A DNA stretch of 32,000 nucleotides. It comes from Flavobacteriaceae bacterium (GTDB taxonomy: Bacteria > Bacteroidota > Bacteroidia > Flavobacteriales > Flavobacteriaceae). Position 1 is the stretch's first letter. Every line of letters begins with the position of its first letter. The translations under genes and the position numbers were made by a program. This document shows positions 15,860 through 25,165 of this stretch, one piece after another. Location: positions 4,830,001 through 4,862,000 of the forward strand of contig OZ245049.1 in assembly GCA_965224465.1 (NCBI GenBank), written 5' to 3'. The notes below the pieces were generated by a model, which saw only the letters and a program-made list of their open reading frames with translations, was not told the DNA's origin and did no database searches.

Positions 15860-16092
15860 AACTGTGCCCCTAACCCCTAGTGATTAAAATTACGTGGGGC
15901 CGTTGAATCCTACTAATTTTATCGTCTTGTTGCACTGAACGCCGTGTAATTACAAGCAATAGTTATTAAAATACCTCCTTGTGTATTTTTGGTTGTGTAA
16001 TTTGAAGACAGCCATTTTTGGATTGACTACAGCCATTTTTTTATAAAAACACTTGTTTTAAGTCCATTATTCTTTATGTTTTAGGGTAAATG

Positions 16093-16149
16093 GGTATTGC
16101 TTTCTCTTAGTTTTAAAAAACAGCACCTTCCCTTTATTTAGGGACGTAT
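16093..16149 (+). repeat. Short repeat E, copy 1 (ggtattgctttctcttagtttt...ccctttatttagggacgtat)
   Basis: Matches 18040-18094. Confidence 0.7.
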
Positions 16150-16248
16150 TTTACCAGTTCGTAAACTTCAAATAAACTCACAAAAGCTTTCCAATTCCTT
16201 CTCTGTACACCTCTAAAAACGTCGTAAAAACATTCTTAAGGAGCTAGT

Positions 16249-16553
16249 AAACACCTGAAAATTACTAAATACGCCTAAATATTCTCTGTGAAAACAACGT
16301 AATTACCTAATATTAAAATACCTCGTTTAGTATAAAAATAGGTACTCTTGTTGATATTATGAAAAACAGAGATTAATGGTTGAAAACTTTTACGAAAAAC
16401 AATTAAAAGGTTAGTGTGCGAAAAGGATGTCTTTTGTATATTTGAAGGACGCTGTATACTGTATATAGCGGATTTTTTAAATAAATATAATTACACCGCT
16501 ATTGTAGCTATTACGGAAATAACGTCAAGTTTTGGCTTGTTATTGTGAATATA
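16249..16553 (+). repeat. 305-bp direct repeat B, copy 2
   Basis: See 14236-14540. Here it points into the 3' end of the convergent antitoxin gene. Confidence 0.9.
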
Positions 16554-16598
16554 GAGGTGTTGTACCCCGTTGGAATAGAGATGGTGAAATGGCGATTT

Positions 16599-17096
16599 CT
16601 ATATTCCTAATTCCATTATTTTCTTCGAAAGTTCTTCTTTTTTACGATTGTCTATAGAATCACACACTCGAATATAATAAGATAAAATATCTTTATTATT
16701 AATACTCATCTTGATTAATCTTCCACTAGTCAGAGATGTTACTCCATCATTTTCAATATTAGAGATTGTATTTTTACTAAAACCTAATATGACACTTAAT
16801 GTTGATGCAGCAATATGATATTTTTCCCTAAAACTAATAATTTCATTTGGAGCAGCAGCCCCTTTGGCTATAAGATAAGAACTCTTTAGTTTTTTCATAT
16901 TACGACTAACTTGACCCTTAGTGTAATACTCAACTTTACTTTGTCTATTGATCATACCAGTATCTTCATCAACATCATAGTCTAAATAATACACTTCCTT
17001 ATATGTTAACTTAATACCTTTGAACGTTTTTTCTACAGTTCGTTGTAATTCATCGGTAGGTTTATTCTCTCTTGTTAATATTTTTTTTGTTTCCAT
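16599..17096 (-). CDS. XRE-type HTH protein, MqsA-like antitoxin candidate
   Basis: C-terminal HTH REKYHIAASTLSVILGFSKNTISNIENDG. Located 4 nt downstream of the toxin-like ORF, in toxin-first order as in mqsRA. Confidence 0.55.
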   Translation of the reverse strand: METKKILTRENKPTDELQRTVEKTFKGIKLTYKEVYYLDYDVDEDTGMINRQSKVEYYTKGQVSRNMKKLKSSYLIAKGAAAPNEIISFREKYHIAASTLSVILGFSKNTISNIENDGVTSLTSGRLIKMSINNKDILSYYIRVCDSIDNRKKEELSKKIMELGI

Positions 17097-17100
17097 AATT

Positions 17101-17481
17101 TTAATTTTTAAATGGTTGACTCATTGGGTAATCAGGTATATGGTTTGAGAATATTAGAATTTGTAAGCCATTAACTTCAAGTCCATATTTCAAATAAACT
17201 TCAACCTTAGCATTTCCGACAAATACACGAAAAGCACAAACATTAAAATCACCTCCGCCAGATGGGGCAATACCTCTGTAATAATTTTCAGGTGTTAAAT
17301 TTAGAATTGCATATTCTATGTCATCCTCATTTATATCATAATCGAGCATTAATTCCTCTAACTCAGAATTCGCTTTTCTTGTGAAAGTTATATCTACGCC
17401 CTCAGAAATTCTCTTTTTTGTCTCTGCTAGAAATTCCTGTATTATTTTAATATTGTCAATCGTGTCTGGTAATATTATCAT
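17101..17481 (-). CDS. MqsR-like toxin candidate
   Basis: The internal ATG at 17481 (MIILPDT) is preferred over the tracked start. Small protein with LNLTPENYYRG...VCAFRVFVGNAKVEVYLKYGL...ILIFSNH, which resembles the MqsR family layout from memory. Confidence 0.45.
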   Translation of the reverse strand: MIILPDTIDNIKIIQEFLAETKKRISEGVDITFTRKANSELEELMLDYDINEDDIEYAILNLTPENYYRGIAPSGGGDFNVCAFRVFVGNAKVEVYLKYGLEVNGLQILIFSNHIPDYPMSQPFKN

Positions 17482-17560
17482 AGATGTAATTATATAGCTT
17501 ATGCAAATATACATAAAACACCTACTAATTCCCAATAATTGGGTAAGAAATACAATAGCT

Positions 17561-17883
17561 GGCTACAATAACTAAGTGTTCCTACGGTGCGTAGCGCCCA
17601 GTATGAACATCCTGTTGACTATACCCGCTCAAAATCTATTACTATGAGTATTGCGTATTTTAATTAAGAGGCTATCGACAAAGATCTTTATAGATAGCAC
17701 CTATTTTTAGGTCATTTGCTCTCGCGCTCTTTCATAGGAATTGGTTTGTACTGTTTTTCGATACTGATAAGTATTGGTCAGCAGCGTTTTGGCATGCGTT
17801 TTCCTTTAAGGGGCTACATTTATTTTTTTTGTTCGGTTATTAGTACATGCTTTTATTCGTTGTAACCAATAGGCAGGAGGTCA
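17561..17883 (+). repeat. Island element, short (MITE-like) copy
   Basis: ggctacaataactaagtgttcctacggtgcgtagcg ... ttattcgttgtaaccaataggcaggaggtc. Collinear with 13803-14110. The termini are inverted repeats of each other (ggctacaa / ttgtaacc). Confidence 0.8.
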
Positions 17884-18039
17884 GCAAGCTATAAGCGGGT
17901 TTTGTACCCAATAAATTGTTCGATGTTTATAACTTAAAAAGGAGGAGGTTTTCAATTAAAACAGAATTATATTCTATTGGTATTAACAACCTTTGTCCTC
18001 CTTTTATTTCCTGAATTTAATGTTTTACTAACTTAGGTT

Positions 18040-18094
18040 GGTATTGCTTTCTCTTAGTTTAAAAAAATATCTCTTCCCTTATTTAGGGACGTAT
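18040..18094 (+). repeat. Short repeat E, copy 2
   Basis: Matches 16093-16149. Confidence 0.7.
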
Positions 18095-18107
18095 AAGCGA
18101 ATAGATT

Positions 18108-18149
18108 GAAAAAACAAAAGATAGCCACAATGGCTATCTTTTGTTTTAA
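18108..18149. terminator. Bidirectional rho-independent terminator
   Basis: Perfect 13-bp stem, caaaagatagcca (18115-18127) with tggctatcttttg (18131-18143), and a 3-nt loop. An A-run lies on the left and a T-rich run on the right. About 75 nt past the alpha-galactosidase stop. Confidence 0.75.
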
Positions 18150-18176
18150 ATAAGAATGAGACCTAAAGTAATACCA

Positions 18177-18214
18177 AACTATTTATATCGTTGGTTTTGG
18201 ATTGTAATTGATAT
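18177..18214 (+). repeat. REP-like dispersed repeat (short form)
   Basis: aactatttatatcgttggttttggattgtaattgatat. Abuts the stop codon of the minus-strand gene at 18218. Confidence 0.65.
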
Positions 18215-18217
18215 AAG

Positions 18218-19456
18218 TTATTTAGGACTCTTAGTTTTTGCTTCTTGAAAAGGATTAAAATTATTAGAAGTTCCTTTGAATTTCAACACTATTACAGCAT
18301 GGTTTGGAATGGTAAAAGTGATTTTTTCAGCTGTTTTTTTAGCGTATTTTTTATCCGTCCATTGGTTTTCTATAGTATAACCAGCGCTTGCTTGCATTCC
18401 TATATCTTTGATGTCAAAAGTAAAGCTAGCTGTTTTATTTGAACGATTTAGTAGAGCCACAGCTACTTTTCCACTCATGGTATGCAAAAGAGGTTTAGCC
18501 CATAGTTCCACACTGTCGGTTTTTATCAATCTACGTGCTTGATAGCCCAATGCGTCTTGATTGATGGAAATAAGTTTTTTATTGGTTAAAATATCAATTG
18601 TCTGTTGCGACATTGCACTCAAATCATTTCCCGCTAATAAAGGAGAATTCATCATGCACCACATGCTAAAATGTGCTTTATCTTCGTCCAATGTCATTCC
18701 GCGTCCTACTTGTAACATGTCCATGTCGTTTACATGTCCAGGAGAAGAATACATCCATAAATCTGCATTTAAATCTATAATGTCTAGGATGGATTGGAAT
18801 TCGTTCGTGATATCTCCAGATATTCTCCATGAATCAGCAATTGGGAGTGCCCATTTACCAGGGAATTCCCATCTACAGATATTATAAATGGCAGTGGGTT
18901 TAATTTCGTGAATTAATTTCCCAATGTTGGTGTAACTGGTTTGCTCATCCAGTCCAAGCCATTCACCTCCACACCAATCTATTTTTAAAAAATCATAATT
19001 CCATGTTTTTAAAAACAAAGAGATGTCTTTTTGTTCGTGTCCATACATTCCAGATCCTACACTAATAGGGTCTTTGTCCCAACGGGAACCACAAGTATTG
19101 ATTCCTCCATCGGAGTATATTCCTGCTTTTAATCCTTTTGAATGTATGTAGTCTGAGAGGCTACGCATTCCAGAAGGAAATCGTGTTTTATGTGAAAGTA
19201 AATTACCGATACTGTCTCTTCCTCCAAAAAAACCATCATCTATATTAATAAAACTATAACCCGCATCTTTCATTCCAGAAGAGACCATAAAATCTGCTTG
19301 TTTTTTAATGATGTCTTCATTGATCTTTGTATGGTAGTTATTCCAACTTGCCCAACCCATTAATGGAGTCTTTGGTTTTGAAACATTGTTTTCTGTTACT
19401 GGTTCTGAACAGGAATAACAAATGTAAATCAGCAATAGACAGGTGATTTTTTTCAT
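18218..19456 (-). CDS. Alpha-galactosidase, glycoside hydrolase family 27, lipoprotein
   Basis: PLMGWASWNNY...FINIDDGFF...DFLKIDWCGG motifs are typical of GH27 melibiases. Signal MKKITCLLLIYICYSC. Confidence 0.85.
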   Translation of the reverse strand: MKKITCLLLIYICYSCSEPVTENNVSKPKTPLMGWASWNNYHTKINEDIIKKQADFMVSSGMKDAGYSFINIDDGFFGGRDSIGNLLSHKTRFPSGMRSLSDYIHSKGLKAGIYSDGGINTCGSRWDKDPISVGSGMYGHEQKDISLFLKTWNYDFLKIDWCGGEWLGLDEQTSYTNIGKLIHEIKPTAIYNICRWEFPGKWALPIADSWRISGDITNEFQSILDIIDLNADLWMYSSPGHVNDMDMLQVGRGMTLDEDKAHFSMWCMMNSPLLAGNDLSAMSQQTIDILTNKKLISINQDALGYQARRLIKTDSVELWAKPLLHTMSGKVAVALLNRSNKTASFTFDIKDIGMQASAGYTIENQWTDKKYAKKTAEKITFTIPNHAVIVLKFKGTSNNFNPFQEAKTKSPK

Positions 19457-19532
19457 GATGTGTTTGAGTTTTAATAAACGTTAAAAATACGTTTAAATTT
19501 TTGTTTTTTGAAGAGAAACATAAGGTTTATGT

Positions 19533-19567
19533 AAAAAAAAGGTGCAAAATCATGAACTGATTGCACC
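19533..19567 (-). terminator. Rho-independent terminator of the permease gene
   Basis: The minus strand reads ggtgcaa-(13 nt)-ttgcacc followed by TTTTTTTT, 26 nt after the stop at 19593. Confidence 0.65.
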
Positions 19568-19592
19568 TTAAGATCCTTTAAATAGATAGTTT

Positions 19593-20783
19593 TTATCGCT
19601 TTAATCCTTTAGATTTATTAGGTAGCACTAAGTTTAGAATTACCCCTACAACAGAAGCCAATCCAATACCTGCTAAAGAGAAGCTTCCATGAGAAAATTT
19701 TGCTCCACCAATACCAATAGTTAAAATAATGGATACGATAATCTGATTTCTAGAATTATTAAAATCGGTTTTTGCATCTATCAATGTCTTGATTCCAATA
19801 CTGGCAATCATTCCAAAGAGTAGAAGCATAATGCCTCCTAAAACAGCTTTCGGGATGGTTTTTAATAAAGCACTTACTTTTCCTATTAAAGAAAATACAA
19901 TGGCGGAAACTGCTGCAATTCTCAAAACTCTAGGGTCTACAATTTTAGTCAATGCAATAGCTCCAGTAACTTCTGAATAGGTGGTATTAGGCGGGCCTCC
20001 TAGAAAACCAGCAAAGGCAGTTGCAACACCGTCTCCTAATAATGTTCTATGCAATCCTGGATCCTTGACAAAATTTTTCTCAGCAACCCCTCCAATAGCA
20101 TACATATCTCCAATATGTTCAATAATAGGTGCAATGGCTACGGGAATCATATAGAGAATAGCTCCCCAATTAAATTCTGGACGTGTAAATTTTGGCAACG
20201 CAAACCAGGCAGCTTCTCTTACAGAACTAAAATCTACGAATCCCCAAATAATGGAGATGGTATACCCTACGATGATCCCAATAAAAATAGGAATTAGTTT
20301 CATCATTCCTTTTCCATAGCTGATAATAATAATGGCTGTAATTAAGACAGACAGCGCAATCATCCAATTGGTGGAAGCCATTTTTACACCAACTTTTGCT
20401 AATGATAATCCAATAATCATGATTACAGGCCCTACAACTACAGCGGGGAATATTTTTTCAATAATTCGGAGTCCCCAAAGTTTGATAATTCCTGAAGCAA
20501 TTCCATAGACAATTCCTACAGCTATCAGCCCTCCAAGTGTTCCTGGGTAGCCATACAGTTTAGTTGCCGCGACTATAGGTGCGATAAAAGCAAAGCTACT
20601 CCCTAAAAAAACGGGCACTTTCCCTTTGGTAATAAGATGGAAAATTAGAGTTCCTACACCCGCGGTAAATAAAGCGACGGCAGGATCAATATCAATTAAT
20701 AGTGGAACGAGTACCGTAGCACCAAAGGCGACAAATAAAAATTGTACACCAATAATAATTCTTTTGGTTAAGTTGGTTTGCAT
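19593..20783 (-). CDS. NCS2-family uracil/xanthine permease
   Basis: About 12 TM segments. [29 protein letters not shown] and [18 protein letters not shown] motifs are typical of UraA/PyrP-type permeases. Start moved to the internal ATG at 20783. Confidence 0.85.
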   Translation of the reverse strand: MQTNLTKRIIIGVQFLFVAFGATVLVPLLIDIDPAVALFTAGVGTLIFHLITKGKVPVFLGSSFAFIAPIVAATKLYGYPGTLGGLIAVGIVYGIASGIIKLWGLRIIEKIFPAVVVGPVIMIIGLSLAKVGVKMASTNWMIALSVLITAIIIISYGKGMMKLIPIFIGIIVGYTISIIWGFVDFSSVREAAWFALPKFTRPEFNWGAILYMIPVAIAPIIEHIGDMYAIGGVAEKNFVKDPGLHRTLLGDGVATAFAGFLGGPPNTTYSEVTGAIALTKIVDPRVLRIAAVSAIVFSLIGKVSALLKTIPKAVLGGIMLLLFGMIASIGIKTLIDAKTDFNNSRNQIIVSIILTIGIGGAKFSHGSFSLAGIGLASVVGVILNLVLPNKSKGLKR

Positions 20784-20975
20784 TTTGATGATTTTGTATG
20801 ATATTATACAAAGATACACCCTGATAGTTAGAGGTACAAAAGAAAGGTGTGAATTTTAGCGAATAAAGGAATGTTGATTTAGACAAAAGGAAACAAAAAA
20901 ATAGTAGGAAGTGCATCTTATTTTTGAGAAATCACACATCCTGCGCGTTGGTTTTTAGTGAATTATGTCCGTAAA

Positions 20976-21080
20976 ACTTCCAAATGACTGTATAGGAAGA
21001 ACGTTTTATTTTTTGATTTATCTAGCTGGAAATCTAAGGATACCCTTAGCTACCGTTCTGTTTTTTAAGAATGATAAAAC
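20976..21080 (+). repeat. REP-like dispersed repeat, divergent copy
   Basis: cttccaaatgactg...tctagctgg...cccttagctaccgttctg parallels 21131-21225. Confidence 0.5.
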
Positions 21081-21130
21081 GAAAAAAGCTTGATTTACAA
21101 CAGTCATTTGGATGTGTTTTTGGTCTAATA

Positions 21131-21280
21131 CATTTCCAAGTGACGTTTTAGAAATGGAATTATTTTTTGTTTTAGCTAGGTAAAAATGGAAGGATAACCA
21201 TAGCTATCGTTCTATTTTTTAACAACGCTAGAATGTAAAACAAACTATTTATATCGGTCATTTTGGATTGTAATTGGTAT
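21131..21280 (+). repeat. REP-like dispersed repeat, full-length copy
   Basis: catttccaagtgacgttttagaaatggaattattttttgttttagctagg...ccatagctatcgttct...caacgctagaatgt...ctatttatatcggtcattttggattgtaattggtat. Confidence 0.8.
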
Positions 21281-21289
21281 AGATGGGTG

Positions 21290-21478
21290 TTAATTGTCTT
21301 TCACTCCTAATCTTGTTAATATTTTTTCTAACATACACCAGTTGGTAAATGCATATTGTAATAAGTTGGCGCCTACAAACCCTGCGAGCCACAACCAATT
21401 TTGATGTACGTAGATACTTAATAATACACTTGACAGGATAAAAACACCTGCAATTCCTTTGATTAAACGTTGTTTCAT
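21290..21478 (-). CDS. DUF2892 (YgaP-like) small membrane protein
   Basis: 62 aa. [15 protein letters not shown]...[19 protein letters not shown] fits the two-TM DUF2892 pattern, from memory. Confidence 0.55.
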   Translation of the reverse strand: MKQRLIKGIAGVFILSSVLLSIYVHQNWLWLAGFVGANLLQYAFTNWCMLEKILTRLGVKDN

Positions 21479-21496
21479 TATTTTTCGGTCTTTAAA

Positions 21497-21802
21497 TTAG
21501 ATAAATTTTTCTATTGGCAATACAATTGCTTTTACAGGGTTGTTGGTTCTGTATTCAGTATTGTACTGTTTTAAACTTTTTAGCATGGTGTCTATTTTTT
21601 CTTCCGTTGAAAATGTAAAGTATAGTTTGGAATTTAAGCTATCTCTTTGGGGAGAAAACCAATTCTCACTCATGTTTTTTATAGGAGAAAATTTACGTCC
21701 TTGAATGTTTGAAGTACTGTAGATGTCAATTTGAGATTTCTTAAAAAGGGTGTAAATGTCTTTTTCAAATTCAGTGACGGTAGTGATGACTAATAGTTTC
21801 AT
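21497..21802 (-). CDS. Hypothetical protein, possible P-II/DUF3240-like ferredoxin fold
   Basis: 101 aa with two beta-alpha-beta-like halves (KLLVITTV..EKDIYTLFKK; KLYFTFS..KIDTMLKSLK). Downstream of the RND operon. Weak assignment. Confidence 0.4.
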   Translation of the reverse strand: MKLLVITTVTEFEKDIYTLFKKSQIDIYSTSNIQGRKFSPIKNMSENWFSPQRDSLNSKLYFTFSTEEKIDTMLKSLKQYNTEYRTNNPVKAIVLPIEKFI

Positions 21803-21834
21803 AATTTGAGATTTTTAAGATGAGTATATGAACT

Positions 21835-21869
21835 CCCTATAAAAATGTATGGTCATATTTTTTATAGGG
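21835..21869. repeat. 11-bp-stem inverted repeat (ccctataaaaa / tttttataggg)
   Basis: Perfect stem with a 13-nt loop, between the RND gene 3' region and the 21802 start. No trailing T-run on the minus strand. Confidence 0.5.
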
Positions 21870-21900
21870 TGTTCACATGTTGTTTGATAGTTGCATCAAA

Positions 21901-21966
21901 CATATTTCCAAGTGACGGTTTAGAAATGGAATTATTTATATCCGTCATTTTGGATTGTAATTGGTG
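21901..21966 (+). repeat. REP-like dispersed repeat, internally deleted copy
   Basis: catatttccaagtgacggtttagaaatggaattatttatatccgtcattttggattgtaattggtg. Ends 1 nt from the RND stop codon. Confidence 0.75.
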
Positions 21967-24900
21967 TTAATTGTTTGGGTACTTATGTTTTTCTGTCATG
22001 TAATATACCAGCGGAACTACTAATAATGTCAATATCGTAGATACAATGGTTCCTCCCATTAAGGAAATAGCAAGTCCTTGAAAAATAGGGTCAAATAGAA
22101 TAACAAATGCACCTATTACTACGGTTCCAGCTGTTAATAAGATAGGCACTGTTCGTACGGCTCCTGCTTCTATTACAGCTTGTTTTATGGGGATTCCATC
22201 ATCTAAACGGAGTTCGATAAAATCAATTAACAATACCGAGTTTCGTACCATTATTCCTGCCAATGCGATCATTCCAATCATGGAGGTTGCAGTAAAAAAT
22301 GCACCCATAATCCAGTGTCCTAAGATAATTCCTATCATCGATAAAGGAACAGCTACAAGCATTACTAAAGGAGCTTTGAAGTTTTGAAACCAACCTACAA
22401 TAAGGATGTAAATCACTAAAATTGCAATCCCAAAAGCGGCTCCTAAATCTCTAAATACTTCGTACGTTATTTGCCATTCTCCATCCCATTTTACGGTGTA
22501 TTGATCTTCGTATTCTGGTTGTTTATTAAATTCTTCTTGCAAGATGTATCCTGTTGGCATGTCAATTTCTGACAGTCTGTCTGACATGTTTAATATTCCA
22601 TACACAGGGCTTTCTAACACTCCAGCCATATCTGCCAATACATACACCACTCGTTTTTGATTTTTATGGTAGATGGCTTTTTTTCGTATTGATTCTTCGA
22701 TGTTAACGAGGTCTCCAATAGGAATTGACATACCGTTTTTTGAAATAATTTTTAGGTTTTTCAAATCTTGTATAGAGGATTTTTCTTTTTCATCCAAACT
22801 CAAAACAATTCCAATTTGTTGATTGGCAGTTTCCTTGTAAATAGTTGATATAGGCATTTCTGACAATGCCATTTTTAATGTTTTTACAATCTGAATAGGG
22901 GCAATGCCATAGCGCATTGCTTTTTCTTTGTCTATTTTAAAGTTGTATTCAATTTGGTCGGCTTCCACCATCCAATCTACATCTACAATATCTGGTGTAG
23001 ATTTGAGTATGGATTCCAATTGTTTGGCAATAGCCATTTGTCCTTTGTAATCAGGGCCATAAACTTCTGCTACAATAGTTGATAATACGGGAGGTCCTGG
23101 AGGAACTTCTACTAATTTCACATTGGCATTGTAGCGATTTCCAATTTCTTGTATGTCGGCTCTTAGTTTTTTAGCAATAGCATGGCTTTGCTCACTTCGG
23201 AGTTCTTTGTCTATTAAATTTACCTGAATATCTGCCATATTCGAGCCACCTCGTAAGTCATAATGACGTACCAATCCATTAAAAGTAATAGGAGCAGAGG
23301 TGCCAATATAACTTTGATGATTGTCTACTTCTGGGCGTTGCGAAAGGTAATAGGCTATTTCTCTAGTCACAGCAGCGGTGCGTTCTAAGGTTGTTCCTTC
23401 TGGCATGTCTATGACTATTTGGAACTCGTTTTTGTTATCAAAAGGCAGCATTTTTACGGCTACTGATTTGGTAAAAAACAATGTCATAAAAAGAAGTAAT
23501 GTTCCAAAAGTAATTCCTAAAAATAGCCATCTTTTTTTACGGTTTTCTAACAAAGGTTTTTCCATTTTGTTGTAAATCCTATAAATCAAAGTGGTTTCCA
23601 ATCCTTTTACTTTCTTTGCATCTTGTTTGTCTTTTTCTTTTAATAAATGCACGCCTAAATACGGTGTAATAGTCAAGGCTACAAATAAGGATAATATCAT
23701 AGCAATAGACGCTCCGATAGGCATGGGACTCATATAAGGCCCCATTAAACCAGATACAAATGCCATTGGCAATACAGAAGCAATTACGGTGAAAGTTGCG
23801 AGTATTGTTGGGTTTCCAACTTCGTTGATAGCATAGAGTGCAGCCTGTTTAAAAGGCAGGCGTTTCATTTTAAAATGACGATGCATGTTTTCGGCAATAA
23901 TAATGGAGTCGTCTACAACAATTCCAGTTACAAATACCAATGCAAAAAGTGTAATTCTATTCAATGTGTAATCTAGCATATAATAGCTAAATAAGGTCAA
24001 AGCAAAGGTGATAGGAACGGAAAGGAATACGACCAATCCTCCGCGCCATCCCATAGCCAACATAACTACGATGGTAACGGCAATAATAGAACCGAATAAG
24101 TGCAATAGTAATTCAGACACTTTATGAGAAGCTGTTTCTCCATAGTTTCTTGTAACGGAAACATGCACTTCGTTTGGAATTAATGTTTGTTTTAAATGTT
24201 CAACTTTGGCAAGGATAATTTCGGATATTTTCATGGCATCTGCCCCTTTTCGTTTTGCAATGGATAGGGTTATAGCAGGATAATCACCTTTAAATTTACT
24301 TGAATTTTTATGAGCCTTTCCATAGCCAAACGATACATAGTTTTTTGGGATTTCAGGGCCGTCTATTACAGAAGCTACTTGCTTTAAGTAAATAGGATGG
24401 TTTTTATGAATGCCAATCACAAGGTTTTCTACATCTTCTATAGTGGCTAAAAAATCACCTGTGTTTACAAGATATTCAGTATCGTTATTATTGAAACTAC
24501 CTGCTGTTTGTTGAGCGTTGTTGGCTTGTATTTTTTGACTGATGCTTAAAAAATCAACACCGCTTTCTGCCATTTTAGCTTTGTCTAGTACTACACGAAA
24601 TTGTTGATTTCGACCCCCAATAGTTTTAGTGATCGCTACATCATTTATCTTTTCAATTTCTGTGCGTAGTTCTTGCGCTATTTTTTTTAGTTGATAGTCG
24701 TCATAAGTTTCACTCCACAAGGTGAGTCCCAACATTGGTACATCATCTATTGCACGTGTTTTTATCAATGGAAGTGAAACACCTTGAGGCATTTGATCCA
24801 TGTTTTTCATGATTTCGTTGTACAATTTCACGAAAGAACGTTCAATGTCTTCACCTACATAAAATTGAACAATGATGATGGCTTGTTCGTTCATAGAGGT

Positions 24901-25161
24901 AGAATACACATATTCTACACCTTTGATATTGGAAACTATTTTTTCCAATGGTTTGATAATTCGGGACTCAACTTCTTTAGGGCTCGCACCAGGATAGCGA
25001 ACAAAAATATCTGCTATGGGCACGTCTATTTGTGGTTCTTCTTCTCTAGGAATTAAAAATGAAGTATAAATTCCTATGGCTAAAAACATAACCATTAATA
25101 ACACGGTTAGTTTTGAGTTCATAAATATTTTGGCGATGCTGCCTGCTAAACCTTCTTTCAT
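21967..25161 (-). CDS. RND-family efflux transporter permease (AcrB/CzcA superfamily)
   Basis: 1064 aa with 12-TM / two-large-loop RND architecture. Follows MFP and OMP genes. Confidence 0.9.
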   Translation of the reverse strand: MKEGLAGSIAKIFMNSKLTVLLMVMFLAIGIYTSFLIPREEEPQIDVPIADIFVRYPGASPKEVESRIIKPLEKIVSNIKGVEYVYSTSMNEQAIIIVQFYVGEDIERSFVKLYNEIMKNMDQMPQGVSLPLIKTRAIDDVPMLGLTLWSETYDDYQLKKIAQELRTEIEKINDVAITKTIGGRNQQFRVVLDKAKMAESGVDFLSISQKIQANNAQQTAGSFNNNDTEYLVNTGDFLATIEDVENLVIGIHKNHPIYLKQVASVIDGPEIPKNYVSFGYGKAHKNSSKFKGDYPAITLSIAKRKGADAMKISEIILAKVEHLKQTLIPNEVHVSVTRNYGETASHKVSELLLHLFGSIIAVTIVVMLAMGWRGGLVVFLSVPITFALTLFSYYMLDYTLNRITLFALVFVTGIVVDDSIIIAENMHRHFKMKRLPFKQAALYAINEVGNPTILATFTVIASVLPMAFVSGLMGPYMSPMPIGASIAMILSLFVALTITPYLGVHLLKEKDKQDAKKVKGLETTLIYRIYNKMEKPLLENRKKRWLFLGITFGTLLLFMTLFFTKSVAVKMLPFDNKNEFQIVIDMPEGTTLERTAAVTREIAYYLSQRPEVDNHQSYIGTSAPITFNGLVRHYDLRGGSNMADIQVNLIDKELRSEQSHAIAKKLRADIQEIGNRYNANVKLVEVPPGPPVLSTIVAEVYGPDYKGQMAIAKQLESILKSTPDIVDVDWMVEADQIEYNFKIDKEKAMRYGIAPIQIVKTLKMALSEMPISTIYKETANQQIGIVLSLDEKEKSSIQDLKNLKIISKNGMSIPIGDLVNIEESIRKKAIYHKNQKRVVYVLADMAGVLESPVYGILNMSDRLSEIDMPTGYILQEEFNKQPEYEDQYTVKWDGEWQITYEVFRDLGAAFGIAILVIYILIVGWFQNFKAPLVMLVAVPLSMIGIILGHWIMGAFFTATSMIGMIALAGIMVRNSVLLIDFIELRLDDGIPIKQAVIEAGAVRTVPILLTAGTVVIGAFVILFDPIFQGLAISLMGGTIVSTILTLLVVPLVYYMTEKHKYPNN

Positions 25162-25165
25162 AATG

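Noticed and set aside
15865-15930. tRNA or tRNA fragment (gttgaatcc resembles a T-loop) as an integration site
   Set aside because: The flanking bases cannot form a T-stem or an acceptor stem, and no cloverleaf can be drawn.
14236-16553. CRISPR array
   Set aside because: There are only two copies of a 305-bp repeat, separated by about 1.7 kb that contains a protein-coding gene. There is no short regular repeat-spacer periodicity anywhere in the window, and no cas genes.
6137-18217. Classical integron (intI plus attC cassette array)
   Set aside because: The inter-cassette elements are about 300 nt, far longer than attC sites. Their termini (GGCTACAAT.. / GTTGTAGCC) do not fit RYYYAAC / GTTRRRY. 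The recombinase sits in the middle of the array and is a pseudogene. I kept only the looser idea of cassette-like organisation.
20626-20916. ORFs 20626-20859 (+) and 20692-20916 (-) upstream of the permease
   Set aside because: They overlap the permease 5' end and its leader and have low-complexity hydrophobic sequence. The permease start at 20783 explains the region.
21835-21869. Rho-independent terminator between the RND gene and the downstream 21802 gene
   Set aside because: The 11-bp stem is clear, but no T-run follows it on the transcribed (minus) strand. I recorded it only as an inverted repeat.
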